Below, piece by piece: positions 27,662-37,021 of a stretch of 64,000 bases of DNA. The translations under genes were made by a program, and so were the position numbers. The DNA lies in the NCBI GenBank assembly GCA_963825245.1, contig CAWGSJ010000005.1:93608-157607 (forward strand). The letters are read 5' to 3'. The notes under the pieces were generated by a model. That model made no database searches. It was not told where the DNA came from and saw only the letters and a program-made list of their open reading frames with translations. This DNA comes from an uncultured Acidobacteriota bacterium (GTDB lineage: Bacteria; Acidobacteriota; Vicinamibacteria; Vicinamibacterales; CAVVIG01). Positions within the stretch are counted from its first letter, which is position 1. Each line of letters starts with the position of its first letter.

Positions 27662-27726
27662 TGAATCGGAGCGCAGTTTACTCCAGGGAGGTTAACGGAG
27701 CGTACGGAGGCACCTTCGGTAACTCT

Positions 27727-29443
27727 CTACCGTGAGCAGTTCAGGGGCAGCGGTCCGGGCAACGTCCAGGCCGATGCGGCGCGCCGCGTAAATTCGGCTT
27801 CGCCGAGGCGGCCGCCCCGTGCCCGCAGCCAGTCGGCGACCACATCCCGCACCAATGGGTCGTCGCCCGACGCCTGGAACCCACCGCTTGGAGCGACCGG
27901 TGCGAAGACGCCGTCGCCGCCGAGCGCGAGGAAATCGGTCGTCGCGACGCGCAGCATCGAGTCATCCGCAATCGGGCCGTCATCGCCCTGCAAACGGACG
28001 CGCAGCGCGCCGCCGGCGCAGCTGGCCACGACGCGTGGTCCGGAGACGCTGACACGCGGACTGCGCCGCCGGAGTTCAGCCGCGATCACCCGCGACACGT
28101 CGGCCGCGCGCAGCCGCAGCACGACGAGCTGGTTGTCGAACGGGAACGTCCGGAACAGGCTGCCGTAAAGCAGAGGACCAGCCGGGAGATCGGCGCGCAG
28201 CCCGCCGCCCGTGTTGTTGATCGCGACATCGCTCTTTGCCGCCTGCCGCATCGCCTCGACGAACAGCTGTCCGAGCGACGACCGCAGCGCGTCGTCGCCT
28301 CGCCGCATCGGCGTCTCGAGCGTCACGCCCACCGGCTTTGCCCGCAGTGCGGCCGCTTCCGCGACTGCCGGCGCCAGGAGCCGCTCGATCTCGCGATCGG
28401 AAACGACATCGGCCCCCTCATAACGGGCGATCGGCCCGTTCTGTGCGCACTTCGCGGTTTGCATGCTAACGCGTGAGCAGATCTCATGCGGCGCCCTGAT
28501 CGCGCGCTGCCGGACTCGGCCGGTCCCTCGATCGACGACGAGATCGATCCGCGAAAACGCACGTCCGCCCGAGTAGGCCTGGGCGATCGGGATGCCGCCG
28601 ACCTCATGCGCGACGGCCGCGTGCGTATGACCCGCGAGAATCACGTCGACCGTGCCCGGCCGGCAGACGTCTGGCCAGCTCGAAGATCTCGGATCCGCTC
28701 TCGCAGGTGGAGACATCGCGCGGCTGGCTGAAGTCGGTACATCGGCCGCCGGCGTGCGCCGTGACGATCACGACTGTTGCGCCGGACGAGCTGAGGCGGC
28801 GCGCTTCGGCCTCGATGACGGGCGCCAGCGGCTGGAGCTGAAGCCCGCGCGTGTGCGCGGCGAAGGTCTGTCTCAGACCGCCGGCCGTCATCACGCCGAT
28901 GATGCCCACCTTGATGCCCGCGGCCTCGACAAGGACTGACGGCCGCACATTCGGCCAGGACACCGGACGTCCGGTGCCAGCGTCGATCAGGTTGGCGGCG
29001 AGAAACGGGAACGACGCTTCCGACGCACGCGCTTTCAAGGCGCCCCGCGCGTCCGCGCCGGTTCGGCTCGGCGTCGTCGCCGGTCCGGCTGGTCCGAAGT
29101 CGAACTCGTGATTGCCCACCGCTGCGGCGGTGTAGCCGAGCGCGTTGTAGGCGGCAACGACTGGCGCCCCTTCCCGCCCGTTCGACTCGAGCGTCCCCTG
29201 CCACATGTCGCCGGCGTCGACGAGCAGCACCGCGCCGCCGTCGCGCGCGCGGACCGCGCGGAGGTTCTTCACGTAGCCCGCGAACAAGGCGAGGCCGCCG
29301 TGACCATTCTCGGGAAGGATGCCGCCGTGGAGATCGGTGGTGCCGACGATCGAGAGCGTCACCGTCGGTCGCTGCGCGCCGGCCGGGATCTGAATCGCGC
29401 AAAGGGCGACAACGACAAGCCAAGCACGCGCGGACGGCGTCAC
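27727..29443 (-). pseudogene. Bifunctional metallophosphatase/5'-nucleotidase (UshA-like), one frame break near 28650
   Basis: It has a signal peptide and the motifs GTTDLHG, DAGDMWQG and GNHEFD. After ...ELARRLPAG the frame shifts to TVDVILAGHTHAAVAHEVGGIPIAQ and the 5'-nucleotidase C-terminal domain. Confidence 0.85.
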
Positions 29444-29456
29444 ACGGTCATTCTAA

Positions 29457-29505
29457 GGCGACCCTAAAAGGGTCGCCCTACGTGTTCGAAAAGAGGTCGC
29501 CCTAC
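29457..29505 (-). repeat. REP-like element plus adjacent half-element
   Basis: GGCGACCC-TAAAA-GGGTCGCC-CTAC (29457-29481), then the half-copy GAGGTCGCC-CTAC (29494-29505). The CTA at 29502-29504 is the TAG stop of the upstream gene. Confidence 0.7.
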
Positions 29506-30092
29506 CGCCCGTCCAGCACAATCCACGCCGCAAGGGCCGCGGCCTTCTGCTCCGCCCGCCACGATCCGGCTACGTCCCGACCCAGATTGAGCAGCGCGGC
29601 CCGCAGCGCGGGGTCCTTCCTGCCCAGTCGTTCGCCGGCAGTGCCGAACAGATCGCGCTCGCGCCAGACCGAGCACTTCACGCCGCGCTTCGACACGCTC
29701 GTTTGCACGATGGTTCGGAACAGCTGGCCTTCCAGCGCGTGAATCCGGATGTGATCGTTGCCGATCGTGCGAGGATCGACGAGGCTGCCGACCACGACGC
29801 CGGCGCCGCAGATCGTGTGTCCTTCGTCGGCGTACTGCCGCAGCAGCCGGTTCATCGACGTCCGTCCAAATCGCCTGACCGACGCCACGAGGCGCGACAG
29901 TCCGGTGCCGGCTGCCCGCGCCGTACCGAACCCGGCATGGTACGGCTGGCGCGACTCCGCGACGTCCGGATCCGACAGCATGACCGACCGGCAGTCGACG
30001 ACTTCGAGCGATCCGCCGGTTCGCGTCAGGAGCACCGCGCTCGCCCACCCGGATTTCACCGTGAAGCCGACCGCCGCGCGGGTCGGGCTCAT
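29502..30092 (-). CDS. Hypothetical protein, translationally coupled to the esterase gene
   Basis: The ATG at 30092 overlaps the esterase stop (ATGA). The 196-aa product reads MSPTRAAVGFTVKSGWASAVLL...HIRIHALEGQLFR.... I recognised no family. Confidence 0.55.
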   Translation of the reverse strand: MSPTRAAVGFTVKSGWASAVLLTRTGGSLEVVDCRSVMLSDPDVAESRQPYHAGFGTARAAGTGLSRLVASVRRFGRTSMNRLLRQYADEGHTICGAGVVVGSLVDPRTIGNDHIRIHALEGQLFRTIVQTSVSKRGVKCSVWRERDLFGTAGERLGRKDPALRAALLNLGRDVAGSWRAEQKAAALAAWIVLDGR

Positions 30093-31252
30093 GGTGCGTG
30101 CCGCGCGGAACGTCCCGGTCCGCTCGCAGCGGGTTGCGCAACAGGGACGCCCGCCGCCGATTCGACGAGCGCGCGCCAGTGCCGCCCGATCTCGACGACG
30201 GCGCGGTGAGCGGCGGGGCAGATTCCCACAGCGTGCGCGAAGCCGTGCTCGAGCGATGGGAACCGGCACACGTGGACGAGCGTACCCGCGCCAGTCAGAG
30301 CCTCCGCGTAGGCCTCGCCTTCATCGCGGAGCACGTCGAACCCGGCGACGACGACGAGCGCCGGCGGCGCGCCCGTGTGATTCACGGCCCGGAGCGGGGA
30401 GATCCGCGGGTCGGCCAGATCGACGCGGCGGTGCCCGGTGTAACAGCGGAAGAACGCCTTGCAATCCTGCCGCGTGATGGCAAATCCACCGTCGAACTGC
30501 GTGTGCGACGAGCGAACCCCGGCGGCGTCCGTCGAGGGATAGATCAGCAATTGCGCGGCAGGCGGTCTTTCGTCTCGCTCGAGCAGCGACACGACGGCGC
30601 TGAGATTGCCCCCGGCGCTGTCGCCGCCAACCGCGACGCGATCGGGATCGGCTCCGAGATTCGTGGCATTGGCCAGCGCCCAGCGGTACCCGGTGAGCGC
30701 GTCGTCGAGCGCCGCCGGGAACGGATGCTCGGGCGCGAGCCGGTAGCCGACGCTGAGCACGTGGGTGCCAGCCTCGCGGCAGAGGATCCGGCAGGGCGCG
30801 TCGTGCGTATCGAGGTCGCCAATCACGAAGCCGCCGCCGTGGAAGTACACGAGCAGCGGCGCCTTCCTGGCCGGGCGGCCGGGCGGCGCGTAGTGGCGGA
30901 CGTCAAGACGGTGGTCGCCGGCCGGGATGTCGAAGTCGAGGACGGCGCCGACCGGAGTAGTCGGCCCTCTAAAGGCCACTACCTGCCGCCGGTAGCGCCG
31001 CCTGCCCGCTTCCACGCTCGGCTCGAGCAGGCCGTCCTTCATGCGCCGGCGGCGAACACTGCGGAGGAACTGCGCCTGCGCGTCGAGGTGCTGCCCGTCG
31101 ATGACGATCGGCGGCTCGCCCGACAGCGCGATCTTGACCCGGTCCGGCAGCCGCGCAATCAGCCGCACGGCGGCGAGCTGAAGTCGGTCGGACAACGAGC
31201 GGCGGTTACCGCGAGGCTGCGGCGTACCGCTTTGCGAATCCATTGCGGCCAT
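30089..31252 (-). CDS. Alpha/beta hydrolase, hormone-sensitive-lipase (family IV esterase) type
   Basis: 387 aa with the HGGGF oxyanion motif, GDSAGGN nucleophile and LEHGF. The start may be ATG 31243. Confidence 0.85.
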   Translation of the reverse strand: MAAMDSQSGTPQPRGNRRSLSDRLQLAAVRLIARLPDRVKIALSGEPPIVIDGQHLDAQAQFLRSVRRRRMKDGLLEPSVEAGRRRYRRQVVAFRGPTTPVGAVLDFDIPAGDHRLDVRHYAPPGRPARKAPLLVYFHGGGFVIGDLDTHDAPCRILCREAGTHVLSVGYRLAPEHPFPAALDDALTGYRWALANATNLGADPDRVAVGGDSAGGNLSAVVSLLERDERPPAAQLLIYPSTDAAGVRSSHTQFDGGFAITRQDCKAFFRCYTGHRRVDLADPRISPLRAVNHTGAPPALVVVAGFDVLRDEGEAYAEALTGAGTLVHVCRFPSLEHGFAHAVGICPAAHRAVVEIGRHWRALVESAAGVPVAQPAASGPGRSARHAP

Positions 31253-32333
31253 TCGTCACGGTAAACGAGCCGTCAGCGGTCGCCGACACCTTGATCCAGT
31301 GCGCCGGTCCGTTGTGTGCGGGCGGCGGAGGCGCGCCGCCGCCAGGCGCCGGCGGCGGCATCGCGCTCAGCGGCATGGCGTCGGGGTTGTCGTCGGTCAG
31401 GTTCGCGATGAACAGGCCGGGCACGGTGAATTCCTGGCCGCTGAGCTGCGAGAAATGGATCTGCCACACGTCCTCGAGCCGCGGCGCCGAGTAGATAATC
31501 CGCATCGCATCAGGCTGGCCGCCCTTGCGGGTTCCGTTGTTGATGATCGCCGCGCGCGACTCGAGCGCGTGGACGAGCTGCGGCGAGTTCGAGATCGGCT
31601 GGCCGTGATGCGACACGACGAACAGATCGACGGTGCCGATGCGGTTCGACGGGCACATGAGGTCGAATTCCTTGTTCCACGTCAAATCGCCCAGGTGGGC
31701 GACGCGGAATCGTCCGAACGTGACCACGCTCCCGACCGACTGCGCGTTTTCCGTGCGATCGACCTCCTGCGGCTTGTAGTCGGAGCAAAAGGGATTGGGA
31801 CGGCCGGCTCCCTGCAGCGGCGACGCGAGCACGCTGCCCGCTGACGTCACGATTCGCCAGTCGAGGCCTTGAACCGCGAGGGTATCGCCAGGCTTCGCGA
31901 CCGTGTGCTTCCCCGCACCGTACAGCGTCGGGTAGACCTTCTGCAGGAACTCGTCGGCGCCTGCGGCCGGCTGCACGTTCGGCCCATGATCCACGAAGTG
32001 GCGGATCGGAATGCGCTTCGCCAGTTCGGCCATCCCTCCGAAGTGGTCGCCGTGCCAGTGCGTGGTGATCAGATGATCGATCTGGGCCAGGCCGGCGTCC
32101 TTGACCGCCGCCATCATGCGGTCGGCGTCCCTGGCAGCGGCCGCGCCGCCGTTGCCTGTGTCAATCAGCACGGACGCACCCGTGGGTCCGACGAAGAGGG
32201 TCGCGTTGCCGCCCTCGACGTCCACGACGTAGATGCTCAGCGACTTGTCGCGGACCTGCTGCGCGGACGAAGAGGCCACGAGTAGCGCCGCCACGAAGAC
32301 GACCGTCCATGCGCGCATGGTGTGCTCCATCAA
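31206..32333 (-). CDS. MBL-fold metallo-hydrolase, secreted
   Basis: 375 aa with a signal peptide, HLITTHWHGDHFGG (HxHxDH) and VVSHHG. Confidence 0.85.
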   Translation of the reverse strand: MMEHTMRAWTVVFVAALLVASSSAQQVRDKSLSIYVVDVEGGNATLFVGPTGASVLIDTGNGGAAAARDADRMMAAVKDAGLAQIDHLITTHWHGDHFGGMAELAKRIPIRHFVDHGPNVQPAAGADEFLQKVYPTLYGAGKHTVAKPGDTLAVQGLDWRIVTSAGSVLASPLQGAGRPNPFCSDYKPQEVDRTENAQSVGSVVTFGRFRVAHLGDLTWNKEFDLMCPSNRIGTVDLFVVSHHGQPISNSPQLVHALESRAAIINNGTRKGGQPDAMRIIYSAPRLEDVWQIHFSQLSGQEFTVPGLFIANLTDDNPDAMPLSAMPPPAPGGGAPPPPAHNGPAHWIKVSATADGSFTVTNGRNGFAKRYAAASR

Positions 32334-32336
32334 TTG

Positions 32337-32359
32337 GCGGACCTAAAGGTCCGCACTAC
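32337..32359 (-). repeat. REP-like palindromic element (identical to the copy at 54979)
   Basis: GCGGACC-TAAA-GGTCCGC-ACTAC. The CTA at 32356-32358 is the TAG stop of the amidohydrolase gene. There is a 23-nt exact match to 54979-55001. Confidence 0.8.
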
Positions 32360-33311
32360 AACAGTCCGAGCAGCCGCGCGGGGTTCTCCTTCGACATCCG
32401 ATCGATCTCCTGCGCGGAGAAGCCTTTCGAGCGCAGCGCAACCAGAAATTCACCAAAGCCGTCCGCCGGCAGGGCGTTGCCGGCCTGGCCGAGGTCCGAC
32501 GACAGGATGCAGGATTCCGGTCCGAGCGATCGAATGGCTTCCGTAAATCGAGTGAGGCGGGTCGCGGCGTCATTCGTGGCGAGTGATCCGCCGACGAACT
32601 CGATAAAGGCGCCGAGCTTCACGGCTTCGGGTCATGTGCGGCAGATCCATGAGCACCGGCGCCAGCATCGCGTGCGTCACGACCATCTGCCGCACGCCCT
32701 GGCGTCGTCCCTCGCGCAGCAGCATCAGGCCCTCCTCCTTCGAGGAATGGCCGGTTGCCAGGACAAGGCCGTGCTTGGCGATGATCCCGATCACGTCGCG
32801 GACCTCAGGCACGAGCTCGCCATTTCTTGAAACGGCCACGAACGGCCGCTTCTCCTTCGAGAAACGCACCTGGTTCTCCGCATCAAAGGTCGGCATCCAC
32901 ACGATCCGACCCCATCCGCCCGAGACACGCGTCATGTGCTCCACGGCCGCCGGGTTGATGCCGCCAACCGTCAGGTTCAGATCGATCCCGCCGAAGACGT
33001 CGATGTCCGGGACGACAAGGCGGACGAGATAGGCGAGGCCGGCCGTCGACTCGTAATGGTTCTTGAGGACAATCGCTCGCATCGCCGCGCGATCGGGCGA
33101 GGCGGGCCGCTTCGATGGCATCGATCGACCGGGGCCGGTCGTCAGGGAAGCTGTGGACGTGGATGTCGATGGCGCCGGCCAGTGCCTTGACTGCATCGCC
33201 GTTGGCCGCTGCCTGCTCGGCGTGGAGGCCTGGCCTGAGCGAAGTCGAAGGCCCGCCAACCACTAGCGCCAGGACGACGACCACCACCGCTGGCGCTCGT
33301 GCCATGTCCAT
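32356..33311 (-). pseudogene. Amidohydrolase-fold (TIM-barrel metal hydrolase) protein, two frame breaks (~33080, ~32610)
   Basis: The N-terminal part (signal, AIDIHVHSFPDDRPRSIDAIEAARLARS) is in one frame. The middle part (MRAIVLKNHYESTAGLAYL...GHSSKEEGLMLL...MVVTHAM) is in a second. The C-terminal part (KLGAFIEFVGG...ILSSDLGQAGN...) is in a third. Confidence 0.7.
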
Positions 33312-33314
33312 GGT

Positions 33315-34043
33315 TTAGTGCGCTTTGTAATCGGCGACGAACCATTGGTACGCTTCGCGAACCACCTCGCGCGGCACGCCGTGGCCGCCGTCGTACTCGC
33401 GCAGCGTAACGTCGTAGCCCTCGGCCTTCAGCTGCGGCACGAAGATCCGCGCCGTCCGGTCGATGGACATCTGGTTGTCGTTGCGGCCATGCGCGAAGAA
33501 GACGCGCGGCATCCCGCGCTTCCGGAGCGGGGACATCATGCCGCCGGCGAAGATCATCAGGTGGTTGAAGACATCGCCGTAGGCGAGCCCCATCGAGAGC
33601 GCGTAGCCAGCGCCGTCAGACTGGCCGGCGAGTGCCAGGTGCGTGTCGTCGACATCGATCAGGCTCATCACGTGACGGTACGCTGTGCCGAGATATCGCA
33701 CGTCGTCGTCGAAGCCGGGCACCGATCGTCCCCACGTCAGGCCGCGCGACTCCGGGGCAATGATCACCACGCCGAATTCCTCGCCAAGCGCGAACGTCGA
33801 ACGGAGGTTGTCAGCCCAGCCGCCGAAGCCGTGCAGCATCATGACGCACGGGATCGGCGTGCCGGGTTTGTACGCCTTCGGCACGTACAACACGCCGTCG
33901 CGGCCATCGTCGGACAGGCCGAGCCGGCTCTGGCCGTGCGGCACCTCGTCCTGCGCAGCCTTCGACGCCACGGTGACGCGCGTGGCGCCGCCAAGGGTCA
34001 GTCCGCCGGCCGCGCCAAGCTGCAGGAACGCGCGCCGATTCAT
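33315..34043 (-). CDS. Alpha/beta hydrolase (carboxylesterase/PHB-depolymerase-like) with Tat-type signal
   Basis: MNRRAFLQLGAAGGLTLGG signal, MMLHGFGGW, GQSDGAG (GxSxG) and HGRNDNQ. Confidence 0.75.
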   Translation of the reverse strand: MNRRAFLQLGAAGGLTLGGATRVTVASKAAQDEVPHGQSRLGLSDDGRDGVLYVPKAYKPGTPIPCVMMLHGFGGWADNLRSTFALGEEFGVVIIAPESRGLTWGRSVPGFDDDVRYLGTAYRHVMSLIDVDDTHLALAGQSDGAGYALSMGLAYGDVFNHLMIFAGGMMSPLRKRGMPRVFFAHGRNDNQMSIDRTARIFVPQLKAEGYDVTLREYDGGHGVPREVVREAYQWFVADYKAH

Positions 34044-34056
34044 GCGCGTGACCTTA

Positions 34057-34476
34057 CTACTCCGGTTGGCTTACAGCAAGTTCGCGACCGCGACGTTTGC
34101 GCAGCACCCACCACACCGCGCCGCCCACGGCGCCGGCAACGAAGCCAAGCGGTCCGGTGATGAAAATACCCAGCAGCGGACCCTGGTTCGCGCCGGGCAT
34201 GAAGATGATCGGCCCGAAGAACCCTGCGGAAAACCCGATCCCGCCCGTCACCATCGCGCCGAGCACGACGGCGCTGACGAACCCGGGGGCGGTCGACGAC
34301 GTGTGGCGCCACACGTAGCGTGCGATCAGCCCCGCGGCCGCCAGCGAGCCGATGTAGGGGATCCACGGCGACATGCCGAGGGCGTACACCAGCGCGCCGC
34401 CGGCCCAGTACGTGAAATAGAGCCCGGCGACGCCGCTGATGAAGGTGACGAGGGAGCGGGTCAGAAGAACCTGCAA
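34057..34476 (-). CDS. Hypothetical integral membrane protein
   Basis: 139 aa with four glycine-rich hydrophobic segments. I recognised no family. Confidence 0.5.
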   Translation of the reverse strand: MQVLLTRSLVTFISGVAGLYFTYWAGGALVYALGMSPWIPYIGSLAAAGLIARYVWRHTSSTAPGFVSAVVLGAMVTGGIGFSAGFFGPIIFMPGANQGPLLGIFITGPLGFVAGAVGGAVWWVLRKRRGRELAVSQPE

Positions 34477-34551
34477 TGGTTCGTTCCCTTTTACGCCGAT
34501 CGACGGAGCGTTTCGGTCCAGGCGATGTAGTTGCCCTCGGCATTCCTGGAG

Positions 34552-34944
34552 CTACTTCCTCGCCGTCTTCGCCGCCTCGCGCGCCCGCGCCCGCACGATC
34601 TTTTTGATGAGGGACACCGGCATCGGCTCGTCGAGAGGCAGGCGGAGCGTGCCCGTCGAGGTTTCGTATCCTTCGATGTCATCGGCCAGTGTGCGCCGGA
34701 TGGGCGCGGTCACCGGGTAGAGGCTGACGTGCTGCTTGAACGCGGCGTACCAGATCAGCGGCCGTCCGTCCAGCCTGAAGCCGGGAATGCCGTAGCTGAA
34801 ATGCTCGACCGCCTTCGGAGCCGTGGCCCGGATGGCCGCACGTATCGTGCGCAGTGCGCTGCGCTGCTTTGCGGGCTGCGACGCCATGTAGCGCCGCACC
34901 TGCGCGACGGCGGAATCGCTTTTGGGTTTCGAGGGACGAGTCAT
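34552..34944 (-). CDS. DUF1801 (YdhG-like) domain protein
   Basis: 130 aa. VRRYMASQPAKQRSALRTIRAAIRATAPKAVEHFSYGIPGFRLDGRPLIWYAAFKQHVSLYP. Confidence 0.75.
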   Translation of the reverse strand: MTRPSKPKSDSAVAQVRRYMASQPAKQRSALRTIRAAIRATAPKAVEHFSYGIPGFRLDGRPLIWYAAFKQHVSLYPVTAPIRRTLADDIEGYETSTGTLRLPLDEPMPVSLIKKIVRARAREAAKTARK

Positions 34945-35399
34945 CGCTTTGACGGCTTGCGGCGCGGCCGCTGCTTGGCGGAGATCGATCGGATGATGAG
35001 CCGACCACGACCTGGCGACGGGAGAGGTGCGCGCGCCCTCGCGATGGCCGATGCGATCAGCGCTTCAATCTCGGGACGTGCCAGGACGTCGGCTGAATCG
35101 AGTCGGATGAATCGGGTCTGATTGCCGGATCCCTGAAGCAGTTTCTTCGGATCGGGCAGCGCGGCGCCCCGGATGAAGCACAGTCCGACGTTTCCGGCGC
35201 GCGCGGTAATCGACACGATCGAGTCGGAAGGGCGCTCGGTTGGCGAATAGCCGATCACGAAGAAGTTGTAGTTGTCGTACACCAGCTCCCAGGCACCGGC
35301 AAACCTTCGGCGCACAGCTTTACGGACGGCGCGGATCAGCCGTTGATCCTTCACATCGAATTTTCCGATGAACGACTTGAGCTGCGTTTCCGCGTTCAT
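34941..35399 (-). CDS. DUF1801-like domain protein
   Basis: Start at ATG 35399 (MNAETQLKSFIGKFDVKDQRLIRAVRKAVRRRF...). The stop overlaps the next start (ATGA at 34941-34944). Confidence 0.6.
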   Translation of the reverse strand: MNAETQLKSFIGKFDVKDQRLIRAVRKAVRRRFAGAWELVYDNYNFFVIGYSPTERPSDSIVSITARAGNVGLCFIRGAALPDPKKLLQGSGNQTRFIRLDSADVLARPEIEALIASAIARARAPLPSPGRGRLIIRSISAKQRPRRKPSKR

Positions 35400-35418
35400 C
35401 GCTTCTTCTTCCTCTTCG

Positions 35419-35511
35419 TCACTGCATGACGATCCAGTCGTACTCGCCGTTGGGTCCGGCGATGAATCCATCCAGGCTCATCGCCACCTGGTAGCGGAGG
35501 CGTCTGCGCAT
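35419..35511 (-). pseudogene. Remnant: first 30 codons of a RibD_C/dihydrofolate-reductase-like gene
   Basis: MRRRLRYQVAMSLDGFIAGPNGEYDWIVMQ* matches the characteristic N-terminus of RibD C-terminal-domain (YwjB-like) reductases, then stops. The rest of the gene is absent. Confidence 0.45.
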
Positions 35512-35521
35512 GTCCGTGATT

Positions 35522-36541
35522 CTATGATCCGCGCACGACCTTCAGTGTCGTGATCAGCTGCCCGACATGCCGCGTGGTGTGTTCCGCGGCGTGGAACAGC
35601 AGGCCCAGCACAGTGGCCGGCAGCCTGGCGCGTCCGACCGCGCGAACCTCGAACAGCGTCTCAGGCGCCGTCTGCCGGAGCTGGTCCAACGCTGCATCGA
35701 TCGCCTGCGATGCCGCGGCGACGAGCGCCTGCGGCGGCGCCCCCGGTGTGCCTTGGCCCGCGAGCGCCGCCCGTTGCGCGTCGCTCAGGCTCTCCCCGCG
35801 CGCGTAGGTGAGCAGGCGATCGAGGCTGCCGGCGAGATGTTGAAGGTGGAACCCCGCGGATGCGGCGCCGCCCGGCCGTTCCCACAGCTGATCGCTGGTC
35901 GCGTCCGCGGCATGCTGAATGTCTTCCCGCGCCTGCACGAGCGCGTGCGCGGCGGGCATGAGCATTGGCTCGAACCCGACGAGCGGACCCCGCAGCCACG
36001 CCTCGGGCGCGTTCAACGGCCGCTCCATGATCACGCGGAGATCGGTCCGAAGCCCGCGGGAATGCTCGGTCGCGACCAGGCGGCGGTGCTGCGGCGGCAA
36101 GCCTCCGGGATCCACGACTCGAAAGCCACGGCTCTCATAGAAGGGCCGGTTCCACGGAACGTCGCGAAAGGTCGAGAGAGTGATCTTCGAATAGCCCGCA
36201 TTCCCCGCCCATCGGCAGACGGTTTCGACGAGCCGCGACCCGACGCCTTTCCGCATGTGCTCCGGCACGACGTCGATCTCGTCGAGATGGGCGACGCCGT
36301 CGAGGATCATCGCCTGGGCGAAGCCGACAACCTCGCCGTCGCGAGTCGCGACCCAGAGATGCCCTCGCTGCCGTGCCTCGTCCAGTTCCTCGACGCTGCT
36401 GACGTTGTCGAGGATCTGGGGCGTCAGCCCGGTACTGGACGTCCAGCCCTCGAACAGCCGCACGGCGCGCCGTTCGACTGACGCGAGGAACGGGATGTCG
36501 CCGGGCTCGGTAAGCCGAATCGCGTACTCGTCGTTTCCCAC
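35522..36541 (-). CDS. GNAT N-acetyltransferase fused to a DinB-family domain
   Basis: 339 aa. The N-terminal half (VVGFAQAMILDGVAHLDEIDVVPEHMRKGVGSRLV...RPFYESRGFRV) is GNAT. The C-terminal half (PAAHALVQAREDI...GFHLQHLAGSLDRLL...LFHAAEHTTRHVGQLITTLK) is DinB. Confidence 0.8.
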   Translation of the reverse strand: MGNDEYAIRLTEPGDIPFLASVERRAVRLFEGWTSSTGLTPQILDNVSSVEELDEARQRGHLWVATRDGEVVGFAQAMILDGVAHLDEIDVVPEHMRKGVGSRLVETVCRWAGNAGYSKITLSTFRDVPWNRPFYESRGFRVVDPGGLPPQHRRLVATEHSRGLRTDLRVIMERPLNAPEAWLRGPLVGFEPMLMPAAHALVQAREDIQHAADATSDQLWERPGGAASAGFHLQHLAGSLDRLLTYARGESLSDAQRAALAGQGTPGAPPQALVAAASQAIDAALDQLRQTAPETLFEVRAVGRARLPATVLGLLFHAAEHTTRHVGQLITTLKVVRGS

Positions 36542-36584
36542 GACGGTTCCTCAAGGCTGCGCAAACTGCCTGAAGAAACCGATA

Positions 36585-36855
36585 TTAGCATCCGGCCGCC
36601 GTGAGGCTCTTCTGCATGAACACGCACTGGATCGGATAGCCGGAGAGCAACTGGACTTCGCCGCGCCCGACCTCGACGTAGCCGTTGACCTCGTAGAAAG
36701 GCGCGCCGGCGAGCGACGCCTCGATACGGATCATAGCGGCGCCGTTCGCGATCGCATGCGACTCGGCTGCCGACCGACTGGATAGAGTCGCGATGCGCGT
36801 CGGCGATGTCGTCGACATCAGACCGCTCGGCTTGACGAATCGTCAGTTCGTCCAT
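36585..36855 (-). pseudogene. GNAT acetyltransferase remnant (internal deletion plus frame break)
   Basis: The N-terminal MDELTIRQAERSDVDDIADAHRDSIQSVG joins out of frame to a C-terminal ...AIANGAAMIRIEASLAGAPFYEVNGYVEVG. The total is only ~90 codons and no acetyl-CoA-binding core is present. Confidence 0.55.
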
Positions 36856-36878
36856 GGCAAGATCGTCCGACTTCGCAC

Positions 36879-36949
36879 GCACGGAACCACGAAAACACGA
36901 AACGCGAGAGTCTTCTGCGTGATTTCGTGTTTCCGTGCTCGCTTTTTTC
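36879..36949 (+). terminator. Long imperfect hairpin plus T-run (intrinsic-terminator-like) in the leader of the ATP-grasp gene
   Basis: GCACGGAACCACGAAAACACGAAACGC...GCGTGATTTCGTGTTTCCGTGC (about 20 bp of pairing, arms built of CACGAAA-type units) is followed by TCGCTTTTTTC. It ends 73 nt before the ATG at 37022, and there is no plus-strand gene upstream to terminate. Confidence 0.45.
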
Positions 36950-37021
36950 TGACAACGCGGTCCGAGATATCACGTGCCAAGTCACGACGAATGCCATCCG
37001 TGGCACCATACCTAAGACTCC

